64,000 nucleotides of DNA, taken from contig OZ024740.1 of NCBI GenBank assembly GCA_964016885.1, forward strand, positions 292,578,001-292,642,000. Reading direction: 5' to 3'. The translations under genes and the position numbers were made by a program. Each line of letters opens with the position of its first letter. The stretch's first letter is position 1. This DNA comes from Eledone cirrhosa (Eukaryota). The notes beneath the pieces were generated by a model. The model was not told where the DNA came from. It ran no database searches and saw only the letters and a list, made by a program, of their open reading frames with translations. Below are positions 53,138 to 64,000 of the stretch, in pieces.

Positions 53138-53465
53138 CTTTAGATATACAATAACACGTGACACAAGCAGTAGAAGAAGGCGTGTTATGAGGAACAGCCG
53201 TGCACATGTGACAATACGTATGTGTGTGTAGGTAAGAACAGAAAGGAAGAAGGCAGGTAAAACCAGCTGGCATGGGTTTACGATTTTCAGGGAGACTACT
53301 CTCCCTGCTAGAATCAAAAGGGGACCGTTTGATGTTTGATAAATGAATAACTTATAACCAAATAAAGAGATATATGGTTATTATGGCTCTGGATAATAAT
53401 TATTGAGCTTGCTTATTGAGAAACACAATATTCTAAACATATTTGATATGTTTTGATTCATTATT

Positions 53466-53498
<33 letters not shown>

Positions 53499-53845
53499 GT
53501 GGTTACACAACAGTTAGTTCACCATGCCGAGAACAATTGTTTCACCTTAGCGGATCCTCAGCTCGGAATGGGCATGGTTATATATCATCATCATCATTTT
53601 ACGTCCGCTTTTCCCTGCTTGCAATGGTGGGACGGGAACTGATTCTGGCTTGATTTCTACACTGGATGCCCTTCCTAACACCAACCTCATTTACAGTGAG
53701 TGCTGGGTGTTTTTTGTTTTTCCGTGGCGCCTACACGTCCACTTTACAGTGTGGGCTGGGTGCTTTTTTGCCGTGGCGCCTCCACCACTTTGCAGTGGAA
53801 TGATATGGACTCCATTCCTGATAGTATCTTTATTACTATCAAAGT

Positions 53846-54527
53846 TGTAGAGTGGTTGTCTAGGAGTTGTTACAAAAAGCACACAGCCCACACTGTAAAG
53901 TGGTTGTGTAGGAGTCATGACAAAAAGCACCCAGCCCACACTGTAGAGTGGTTGTCTAGGAGTCGTGACAAAAAGCACCCAGCCCACACTGTAGTGGTTG
54001 TGTAGGTGTCACAACAAAAAGCACCCAGCCCACACTGTAAAGTGGTTGTGTAGGTGTCACGACAAAAAGCACCCAGCCCACACTGTAAAGTGATTGTGTA
54101 GGTGTCACGACAAAATGCACCCAGCCCACACTGTAAAGTCGTTGTGTAGGTGTCACGACAAAAAGCACCCAGCCCACACTGTAGAGTGGTTGTCTAGGAG
54201 TCGTGACAAAAAGCACCCAGCCCACACTGTAGTGGTTGTCTAGGAGTCGTGACAAAAAGCACCCAGCCCACACTGTAGAGTGGTTGTCTAGGAGTCGTGA
54301 CAAAAAGCACCCAGCCCACACTGTAGAGTGGTTGTGTAGGTGTCACGACAAAAAGCACCCAGCACACACTGTAAATGTGATTGGCATTAGGAAGAGGATC
54401 TAGCCATAGAAGCCAAGCCAGAAACAGTTCTGTATGAGCTAGACAATCACCTGACCCAACTTGCCTCAAAAAGGCCAACCCGTCTAACCTATGCTAGGAT
54501 GGAAAATAGATGTTAAACAATGATGAT
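53846..54527 (+). repeat. RTE-tailed SINE-like repeat with an internal 48-bp minisatellite (11 units)
   Basis: Unit gacaaaaagcacccagcccacactgta(a/g)agtggttgtgtaggtgtcac, then ggcattaggaag...atgttaaa..tgatgat tail. Confidence 0.9.
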
Positions 54528-54729
54528 ATATATGTATATATATATATGCATATATATAAATATAGTATTAATTATACTATTTATGGTTATGTAAATACAA
54601 AAACCTTTTGCAGTTATATATATTTTTTTATACAAACCCTAAATAGTGGTAGGCAGTAATATATTACTATCTTATTACCAGTAAGTTAAGTAGCTCAATG
54701 TAAAAACATCAGATGATTTACAGAGCAGT

Positions 54730-54909
54730 TATATGAAATATAAGAATCAAAGAACTGTTCAAAACATTTTTGTGCTTACAACTGTTTCCTCCAAACCGAG
54801 GTTTGGATTCTTCGGAGCAATTTATTAAGAATCCAAACCTCGGTTTGGAGGAAACAGTTGTAAGCACAAAAATGTTTTGAACAGTTCTTTGATTCTTATA
54901 TTTCATATA
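54730..54909. repeat. Perfect palindrome, 83-bp arms, 14-nt loop
   Basis: 54730-54812 is the exact reverse complement of 54827-54909. Confidence 0.97.
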
Positions 54910-55927
54910 TAAATATATATATATAAGCAGGGAAAAGCAGACGTAAAATGATGATGATGATGATGATGATATAACAGGGGTTGCTAAACTATGTTAAAAA
55001 AGGGTCAAAGCTTCTAAGTGAATGAGAGGCATTCATTAAGGACTTGTTTCTCTCAGTGCATGCAAGTGTGTGTAAGAAGGTGGCTCTGTAACCTGAAAGG
55101 TAGTCTACAGAATGGTTTAGTGAAATTAAATGACTGTGGATTTGGAGAGTGGTTATGTAGGTGTCATAACAAAAAGCATCCAGCCCAAATTGTAAAGGAG
55201 TCACGACAAAAGCTCCCTGCCCACACTGTAACGTGGTCATGTAGGAATCATGACAAAAATCACCCAGCACACACTGTAAATATGTTGTCAATATTGAATA
55301 GTTGCTCATAGAAGCAATCAACTAGATATTGGCCAATTTCAATAAATCTATGGTTTACATTAAATAAAAAAACAAAACACAAATATAAAAGAATAATATA
55401 TTTATTTCAGTTATTTTCCTAATTGCCAAAATTAGTATTCTCATCTTCTTCAGTGTCATTCTGACTTTTCATTAATCCATTAGCATTTAAACTGGCAGTA
55501 TCCGGCCAGAATTCTCTCACCTCTTTCTGTTCAAACCGGCCATAACTGGCTGCTCATACTTGTGTTAAGGTATTGTTCTTGATATTATGTAAGATAATTA
55601 TGTGAGATAGAGTGTTTAATGTGAAAATACAATAGTAAATATAGAGTAATGTAAATGATAAAAGGTTAATATGTTTGATGTAAGTAAATAAAATGCATCT
55701 TTGTATTTCTATTTCTTTCCCAATTGACACACCTGACTCATGAATTCCAGTCTCCTTTATCTTTATATAGCAAATGAAAACATAGTTCTTTGTTTCTGAG
55801 GAAGACGGATGGATTGATCAGGTATTTCGAGACTAGAAACAGGTAGCAACGTAACCACTACCTGCTAGTCGATATATCAATCTACATAAAACAATGAACT
55901 AATTAACTACTTATCTCTGACTTATAT

Positions 55928-55933
55928 TTTATT
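55928..55933 (-). promoter_or_regulatory. Candidate AGA polyadenylation signal (AATAAA)
   Basis: First AATAAA on the minus strand after the AGA stop, about 64 nt downstream. Confidence 0.45.
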
Positions 55934-55996
55934 CTCATTGTTCAATACACTCACATATATAAGTAAATAAATGTGTATTGGTAAAGTTGAGTTGTA

Positions 55997-56106
55997 TCAC
56001 AAGTGTGTACAGTTGGAACATTTTATTGTAAAAACAGTTGAGTTTTTCAATGAAGGATTTGCAACTGTATACTGAACTGATCCACCAAAATTATGACAAG
56101 CAGCAC
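55997..56106 (-). CDS. AGA: Aspartylglucosaminidase (glycosylasparaginase), last coding exon
   Basis: ttttttttccag|GT GCT GCT TGT...TGA; (G)AACHNFGGSVQYTVANPSLKNSTVFTIKCSNCTHL*; the phase fits exon 62946-63079; GAAC...C C-terminus as in AGA; this exon is not in the ORF track. Confidence 0.85.
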
Positions 56107-56464
56107 CTGGAAAAAAAACAAAAAAAAAGCAATTTTTTAACCATTTAGTTATCAACCCAGCCAAAACCAGCTCTGGTTCTATGAAATATAACCACTCATT
56201 TTAAAGGATTTCAATTTAAATTAATATCTTCTAGCATAATTTTATATAAGAACTTTACATTAAGTTACTATTTTAGTAATGAAAAAATTAAAAATTTTTA
56301 GTAAATCCATCAAAATTCTTCATTAATTAATTAAAATAGAATGTATTTCCTTAGAACTGTGGTTATTAAAGAGTGAATGACTTTCTGGCAATTCACAGTG
56401 GTATAAATAACATTACAAATTGTTTATAATTTTTACAGAATGAAAATATAAACGCATATAATAA

Positions 56465-57478
56465 ACCAGATATAGAAAAATGCGTACAGCAAAAAAAAGT
56501 AATATTGTTGGAATATAAACCTTTAAAAATACAGGACAAGAAACTAAAATAAAACTTTAAAAGAATAGGACAAGAAACTAAGATAAAACTTTAAAGAATT
56601 GGACAAGAAATAAAAAAATTTACAATAATATTAGTGGCAAAATTTTTATTGGTAAAAAATCAAGTTCCACATTCATAGGCTCTGGGTTCCACATTCAGAG
56701 GTCGTCGTCAGACCGGGGGATCATTTGATCCTTGTTTGAACACCAATTGGGCTATAACCATACCCTTATTTCATCATTCGGCGACACGGCTCATGTGTCA
56801 TGCATAATGTGAATGGGCCCATGGGCCCATGAGTACAGATCTTGAGCAGCAGCGGATGGTCTTGTCGTCCTGCTCATCCTTGATCTTGACCAACCCGTCC
56901 ATCTTCTCCTTGAGTTCAAGTCCGGCAGTCCTGATGAATGCGTGCCACAGCTTTCTGGTACAGGAAGGGGGAGCAGGAGGACTGGAGGGATGACGGGACA
57001 GAGGGAGGGAGGACCGGTGGTTGAGGGAGGTGCCGTAGTCGGTGGTCAGAGTCGACATCTTGTCCCGGTCGTCTTCTCCATCTTCGTCTGGTGTTGCGGG
57101 ACCAGAAGTGCATTCTTGGAGGAGACCTGCAGCTGCATCGGCCAATTCTTCTTGCAATGGTCATTCTGACGGAGCAGAACTGCTCAGCCAACCAACCCCA
57201 ACCAGAACCAACCGCTCAGGGGCAACGCACAATGAGAGCATGACTATTATGCACTAATCAAGAAGATACTGGATCATAGCACAGAAAACGAATAAAAAAA
57301 TTTTGCCACTAATATTATTGTAAAATTTTTTATTTCTTGACCAATTCTTTAAAGTTTTATCTTAGTTTCTTGTCCTATTCTTTTAAAGTTTTATTTTAGT
57401 TTCTTGTCCTGTGTTTTTAAAGGTTTATATTCCAACAATATTACTTTTTTTTGCTGTATGCATTTTTCTATATCTGGT
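56465..57478. mobile_element. Foldback-like element: AT-rich inverted arms of about 185 bp around a GC-rich core of about 640 bp
   Basis: Arms 56465-56650 and 57291-57478 are near-identical reverse complements, each with three ggacaagaaa(c)taa sub-repeats; no TSD is visible. Confidence 0.65.
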
Positions 57479-58744
57479 CTACTATTTTTTAAGGCAATGC
57501 AAGCAACAACTATCTAATAATTAAATGATCATAGTGAATTACTGACAAGTGATTGACATTTTAAAGTTCTTTTGAGTATAATTGCAATCTAGTTGAGGCA
57601 ACTGGCTTAATGACAAAGCTACGTCATTTCTGGATTACCTCCCCTAGCGTCACGCTTACTACTCACTCACTTGAACACAAGATTTATCAGCAAACTTTGA
57701 TTATAAACTTTTTCCCGCTGGACCAAATTTTTAGATTTTTAAGCCAAAAGATGCGTAATGATCTACTGTTCATGCTCATATAAGTTTTATCTCAGTTAAA
57801 TAAAGTAGAGCCGCGCTGTACTGTCGTAAACAGACGATTGCCAACGAAAACACGACCACAACAATATTACTAAACGGACTACCGTCCGTTTATAATAAAT
57901 ACAATTAATTATTGCTAAGAACCTCACAAATATAATGCACCAAAATATACAATCAAAGTGAGAGAAAAAACAAACAAACAAAAATAACCATTAATTCACC
58001 ATATCACAAGAGTCAACAGAAAATTTTGAGGCAAGCCAACATGTTGACAGCATTACAATGGGTGATGGCGAGGCTAAGGCACCGAAGCAACCAAGCACCC
58101 TCAGAAGCATCACCTAACACAGTAAGATGAGCTGCCAATGATGTCAAGAACTTTGCTGTAGAAAAGTTTGCAAATGTTAGGTGCCCCAAGTTAGTTTTCT
58201 GACATAGGAACTAATACCTATGGGAACAATCATGACCGTGTAGTTAGGAAATTTGCTTTGTCATCACATAGCTCTGGATTTGATTCCATTATGTGGCATC
58301 TTGTGTATCCAGTAAAGACTGTAGAGGCTTTATAGCTGTTAAGAAAATCAGAAAATGGCTTACACCTAACACTGTACTATGATGTGCAACATCAATAATA
58401 AATGTAGAGGATCTACAACTGTCATGTTTGGATTAAGTTTACCTTACCCATTGCAGCCACCACCACCAGCTGCTAGAAGTAACAGAGAAATCTTACACAC
58501 ACCTTATGCTCCTGTCTTAAAAGAGGAAAGAACACACCGGATAATATTCATAAATGACAATGGAAAACTACCCAGGCATGCTAACTATATAAAAAATTAT
58601 TAGTAAAGTGAACTAATATTCACTGATGTAATAAGCCAGTAAATATTAAGTAAAAGCATACTCTTAGACATGAGGGGGAAAAATAATTATCTAAATCAGA
58701 GGTTCTCAAAGTGGGCGCTATCCCTCCAGTATATATTATATGTA

Positions 58745-59078
58745 TCTATATATATAAAACTGATGTTGTCTGTGTGTCCTCATTTTGACTTCAAACTTGC
58801 ATTTATATATTCCTTGCGGTCTAAAGATATTAACTGCCGCTTTTCTTTTCAATTTTCTGTTATTAAAGGGTGTTAGGCGCCGGTTATCCATCTCTGTCGC
58901 GCTCTTATAATATCTGTCTGTATGCCTGGCTGTCTGCAAAACGTCATTGCTGATGTATTATCTTCACTACATACACACAGACACGCGCACGCTTGCACAT
59001 ATATATATACATATATATATACATATATATATACATATATATATAAATATACACATATATACATATACACACATATAT

Positions 59079-59113
<35 letters not shown>

Positions 59114-60474
59114 GTCAGAACTGGATGGAAAAAGTTCAGAGAGCTGATACTACTATTAGCCACTAAAGGGTTCTCCCTAAAAATGAAAGGCAGGTTGTAT
59201 GATGCCTGAATACGAACAGCAATGTTGCATGGCAGTGAGACCTGGGCATTGTGTGCAGAGGATATACGCAGACTAGAGAGGAACGAAGCTTGCATGCTCC
59301 GCTGGATGTGTAATAGTAACATATGTGAATGGCAAAGCATAAGCGAACTAAGGAAAAAATTAGAAATAAGAGGGATCAGATGTTGTTTACTCGAGAGAAG
59401 GCTACGTTGGTATGGTCACGTGATGCGCATGAAGGACGACAGCTGTATAACAAAGTGCAGGGCAATAAAGATAGACGGTAGCTACGGAGTAGGCAGACCC
59501 AGAAAAACCTGGGACGAGCTGATAAATTCCGACCTCACACACTTACACCTCTCCAAGACAATGTCACTGGACCGAGACCTTTGGCGGTACTCAGTAATAG
59601 AGAAGACCCGCCTTACTTAAATACAAAGTAAAACCTACTACAGTCAGTAGGCATCTCTAACAAAATACACCCCCGTCCCACCACCCCCACCCCATCCACA
59701 CCGCCCCTTTCAATGTAAAGTTATGTTGGTCCCACAACATCCAGGCCGAAACAAATGAGATCGTGTAGGTGTCACGACAAAAAACACACAGTCCACGCTG
59801 TAATGTGGCCGTGTAGGCAACACGGTAAAAACCTCCCAGCCCCACACTGTAAATGTGGTTGGTGTTAGGAAGGGCATCCAGCTGTAGAAAACCCGCCAGA
59901 CAGTCCTATGTGAGCAAGACAATCACTCTTGCCTCAAGTGGGAAAACCCCCGCCCAAACCCATGCAAGCGTGGAACACGGACGTTAAACGTTGATGATGA
60001 TGATGAAACACATATACACATATATAGATATACACATATATAAATATACACAAAAATATATGTATATATACACACACATATTTTTATATATATATACATA
60101 CATACATACACACATACATATATATATATGCATACATACACACACACACATATATATATATATGTATGTATGTATCTGTGTGTGTATATATATACACACA
60201 CACAAATACATTGTAGGTCGCTTTAACCCGTCTTTTATTATTCAAAAAACTTCTTGCCAATAAACATTAACCCTTTGTGCTCCATTCATCTAACTGTAGA
60301 CCAACAAATACCAAGTAAACGGAGCGTTGACAAGAATGATGGCAAATGAATCTTCGAGGTAAGCAGTTTCCTCCCGAGCTGTTAGTTCACGCGAGAATCT
60401 CTGCTACACCTTTTCGTAATAATACCGAACAACGTACTGCTGGTCACCCCTTCCTCCAAAAGCCGTACAAAGCA

Positions 60475-60518
<44 letters not shown>

Positions 60519-61761
60519 AGTAGAAGTGGTAGGTATTTAATTTGTTGGAAGTCCGACAAACATAAATGTTTATAACTGATTTAGAGCACTCAACAGATTA
60601 ATAGAGTAAATATTCAATGATATAAAATAAATGGAAACTATCCAGTGAATTTCCAACCGATAAGGTATGATTTTCATGGGTATGTCTCTATTTATAAAAC
60701 AAACTTTGTATTTTATCTGATGAAAGCGTACCAATGTTGTCTTGGTACCCTTGAAATATATATAATAAAATAAATATGGTTTTATAAATATAGTTTCCAT
60801 TTATTTAATATCATTGTATATATATATATATATATGTTATATTGTATATATATATATATGTTATAAGAACAGATTAAAGTTTAAGCAAAGAATCACTGCT
60901 TTCAACATTAACGGGATCTTCTGAAACTAAAAAATTTAATCTGTGAACGCAGAAGTAAATATTTCGAGAAACGTTGCAACCGAAGGAAAACAGGAAGACG
61001 ATATTTTGGTTCGTGAAGACGTTCCCTGGTAATGAACGAAAATAAAAAACGAGCATAATACGTCGTTATGTGGACCGAGAAGAACAATTTCATGCAAAGA
61101 CGAGACCAAGTTTATGGTATAAATGGAGTCGTTAGACTAATATTCTATTTAACATAACAGAATGATTTCCAGCCCGAGAGTTTAAGAATGATGTAAATAA
61201 AGTTGAAAACGTAAATGACAGAGGTTATTAAAATAGTAAAAGTAAATAGGGAAGATTTAGGCCAGTACATACGTATGCCCCGACGGACATACGCACACAC
61301 AAATACATACACACGCACATATGTATAAACCTTATGCATTTCTACAGTATTTTCACCAAACTTAAGACATAGGTTACCTATGTACTCCGGATGGTCATGG
61401 GCATTTTCATTTTTCCAGATATTGATTATAGGGCCTCCCGGCAGATAACCCCCTTTAACCACTTCCTTGGAGTCGACTGAAGCACTGCAGTGCAATGCAA
61501 CAAAACGTCAAAACTTCTGGAGTTCGCAACCGATTTTCACAAAACTTGACACATGGGCTACGTTTGTCCTACAGATGAATGTGAACTCTCAGAATTGGCA
61601 CATATTGAGTAGGGGACCCCTGGGGGCAGGAACCCCCTTTTTGAAAAAGCCGATGATTTTGTAAAAGTATAGTTTTCGAAGCAGCACTGAAGTATTGACA
61701 TAAATGGTATACACAACTGCTATTTAATATACGAGCAAGTTATATATAATACCTCTGCTAG
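58745..61761 (+). mobile_element. Non-autonomous Helitron-like element with further insertions
   Basis: A|TCTATATATATAAAA 5' end and CTGCTAG|T 3' end; internal ccgattttcacaaaacttg motif; the subterminal hairpin is degenerate. Confidence 0.55.
59113..59620 (+). mobile_element. RTE-clade LINE 3' fragment
   Basis: GWKKFREL...KGRLYDA*IRTAMLHGSETW...MLRWM...RRLRWYGHVMR...GRPRKTW. Confidence 0.9.
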
Positions 61762-62179
61762 TTATATATAAATTAACGATTTTATTTATTATATATTGTT
61801 TACAATTTGCGTGTAGGCATGTCTCTCTGGAAATAGGGGTTGGGGGGCGCTACTGGTATTACATAACTGTGAAGCGAGGGGGGCCAAAAGGTTTGAGAAC
61901 CTCTGATTTAAGTGATGAAATTTAGCCAGAAAATTTAGGGGAGACAACCCCAGAATTTAAATTAATTAAAATATGGAACACTGTAGAGAGTGATTCTGCT
62001 CTATTTTAGCAGTATGGTGACAAATCTGAGAACGTCTTACTAGACCTCATTAGATTAGCAAAATATAGTCTAACTATTACACTATGTAACAAAAATTTTA
62101 CTTTGTTTTTGTCTTTGGTCAACAAGTGCTATTTCCTGCTTTCTTCTGCCTAGAAACCACAGGAAAAGACTATTATTCT

Positions 62180-62690
62180 CCTCTAAACTTTGCTTTTGTG
62201 GCTTATGAAACAGTTTGTCACAGCTCTAGATAAAGAGTAGGCAGCCTTCAAGTACCTTCGAAACTTCTTCCTTAAGCTGCCTGAGGCAAAAGAGAAACTC
62301 GGTGTCTTCGTCGGACCACAAATAAGGAAGATCATGGAGTGCAAGGAATTCCCCAGGAAGCTCAGTAAGACAGGAAGCAGCGTGAAACAGCTTTGTTGCA
62401 GTAGTTCGAGTCTTCCTGGGGAATCACAAGGTCGAAAATTATGTGGAGCTTTATTGAGACTCTGGTGAAGAACTTTGGGAAAAGGAGTTGCAGGATGTCC
62501 CTCAAAGTACATATCCTTGACGTTCATCTTGATAAATTCAAGGGACATGGGAGCATACTCTGAAGAACAAGGCGACTTTGAACGTCACTATCAGGGGTCA
62601 TATAATGAAAACATGATGGAGACTATATATAGGGGCTGATTCATGAAATCAATTTGCAGCTTAAGGATAAATCTCGAAAATCCACTCATG
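62180..62690 (+). mobile_element. CMC/Chapaev3-type transposase C-terminal fragment
   Basis: LMKQFVTALD...GVFVGPQIRKIM...FLGNHK.ENY...MSLKVHILDVHLDKF...GAYSEEQG...ERHYQG; stops and frameshifts present. Confidence 0.8.
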
Positions 62691-62945
62691 AATGTTGGTC
62701 TTGATATTTAGCCCCATGTTAGTCTAGATCAAGTAGACCAATGACTACAGGCAATCCAGTTAGGACCACCTTATCTTTCTAGGACATAACAATTACATTT
62801 TGTAATGGGTTATTTTCTTATTTAAAATGGTAGAATGTGGTTTGAAGGGGACATGGTTATTGTTTCTAGTAAGTTGAATGATTGCAAAGAGATTGGCAAG
62901 TAAGCTAATGTATGAATACTTGTATATGCCTCAAATCCTACTTAC

Positions 62946-63079
62946 CATGTTCACCAGTAATGGAAGTAGCAACAAGTGCCCCAGAAAAATTGGGGTATCT
63001 GTTAATAATTGGAAGTAAAGCTTTTCTAGTTGCTAGTGTTGGACTCAAATGATCTTGCATCAGTTGAACTGCATGGAAG
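62946..63079 (-). CDS. AGA: Aspartylglucosaminidase, penultimate coding exon
   Basis: ttctttcag|C...CATG|gtaag; 134 nt; (S)FHAVQLMQDHLSPTLATRKALLPIINRYPNFSGALVATSITGEH(G), aligning to human AGA as I recall it ([46 protein letters not shown]). Confidence 0.88.
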
Positions 63080-63139
63080 CTGAAAGAACAGAATGGAAAA
63101 AAATTAACATTGTGGCTATACAAAATATATTTACATTTC

Positions 63140-63712
63140 GTGTAGACAAAAAGCACCCAGCCCATGCTGTAAAGTGGTTGTGTAGGAGTCACAACAAAAA
63201 GTACCCAGTCCTCACTGTAAAGTGGTTGTGTAGGTGTCATGACAAAAAGCAATCACCCCACACTGTAAAGTGGTCGTATAATTGCCATGACGAAAAAAAC
63301 TCAGCACACACTGTAAAATGGTCATGTCGGAGTCACAACAAAAAGCACCCATTACACACTGTAGAGTGGTTGTGTAGGAGTCATGACAAAAAGCACCCAG
63401 CCAACACAGTAAAGTGGTTGTGCATGAGTCACGACAAAAAGCACCCTGCCCACACTGTAGAGTGGTTGTGTACGTGTCACGACAAAAAGCACCCAGCCCA
63501 CACTGTAGAGTGGTTGTGTAGGTGTCACGACAAAAAGCACCCAGCACACACTGTAAATGTGATTGGCATTAGAAAAGGCATCTAGCCATAGAAGCCAAGC
63601 CAGAAACAGTTCGGTATGAGCAAGGCACGGTCACCTGACCAACTTGCCTCAAACAGGTCAACCCATCTAACCCATGCTAGCGTGGAAATGGATGTTAAAT
63701 GATGATGATGAT
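63140..63712 (+). repeat. Second copy of the RTE-tailed repeat with the 48-bp minisatellite (9 units)
   Basis: Same unit and same downstream body as 53846-54527. Confidence 0.9.
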
Positions 63713-63715
63713 ATA

Positions 63716-64000
63716 CAGGGTGCGGACAATATTTGTTCGCAAGATTACTGTCTAAGAAAAAATAACACAGTAGTTTTATTTTTAAAGATATATTTATCAA
63801 ACTTGGGTCAGTTTGTCTTCATGACTTGTTCTTTCGATCTTACTTGATAAATCCACCATTGGCTTTGATGACAGCCTCGGAACTGGCTACAGCCCTTCGT
63901 CACTGTCCCCCGACTTAGGCCCCTAAAGGCACTTCTGATCCTGGCCTTCAGATCGTCTTTCGTATTGCAGCAAGATCTGTTGGTGTCTCATTCCACTGCA
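63716..64000 (-). mobile_element. Tc1/mariner element end (runs off the window)
   Basis: TA|CAGGGTG terminus; the minus strand encodes EAVIKANGGFIK*, a Tc1/maT-like C-terminus. Confidence 0.6.

Larger units (their letters stand above)
58697..61905. mobile_element. hAT MITE ends separated by nested insertions
   Basis: atctaaat|CAGAGGTTCTCAAA ... TTTGAGAACCTCTG|atttaagt; 14-bp perfect TIR, 8-bp flanks match at 6 of 8. Confidence 0.72.

Noticed and set aside
53138-53317. N-terminal 60-aa extension of SMIM30 in the ORF track
   Set aside because: It starts at TTG, crosses a probable splice acceptor, and homology begins at the ATG at 53137
53846-54375. Regular 48-bp repeats (also 14729-15072 and 63146-63557) as CRISPR arrays
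   Set aside because: The units are contiguous tandem copies with no unique spacers; the context is eukaryotic and there are no cas genes
63049-63585. 178-aa Cys/His-periodic ORF resembling a zinc-finger protein
   Set aside because: It is a translation of the 48-bp minisatellite, antisense to AGA

Overview
AT-rich, repeat-dense animal genomic DNA. The SINE/LINE repertoire, the microsatellites and a squid-type sigma GST point to a coleoid cephalopod, probably Octopus; this is inference. Three host genes are readable. (1) The last four coding exons of a sigma-class glutathione S-transferase (+, 5388-17145). (2) A complete 59-aa SMIM30 microprotein CDS (-, 52958-53137). (3) The last two coding exons of aspartylglucosaminidase AGA (-, 62946-63079 and 55997-56106), which ends about 2.7 kb upstream of SMIM30 on the same strand. 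The rest is mobile DNA. The most notable structure is a head-to-tail stack of Tx1/L1-type LINEs (25058-33460) whose intact 5' ends directly follow the (ATT)n tail of the next element. The stack sits inside an old Charlie-type hAT transposase. A tRNA-head SINE has a similar 3' end and forms a comparable head-to-tail array at 43185-43913, suggesting an (ATT)n-targeting LINE/SINE pair. The window also has many near-perfect local inverted duplications (one pair brackets a 96-nt symmetric GST exon), a foldback-like element, a nested hAT>Helitron>RTE structure, and CR1, RTE, CRE, Penelope, Chapaev and Tc1/mariner remnants. All family assignments come from motif recognition by eye; no searches were run.
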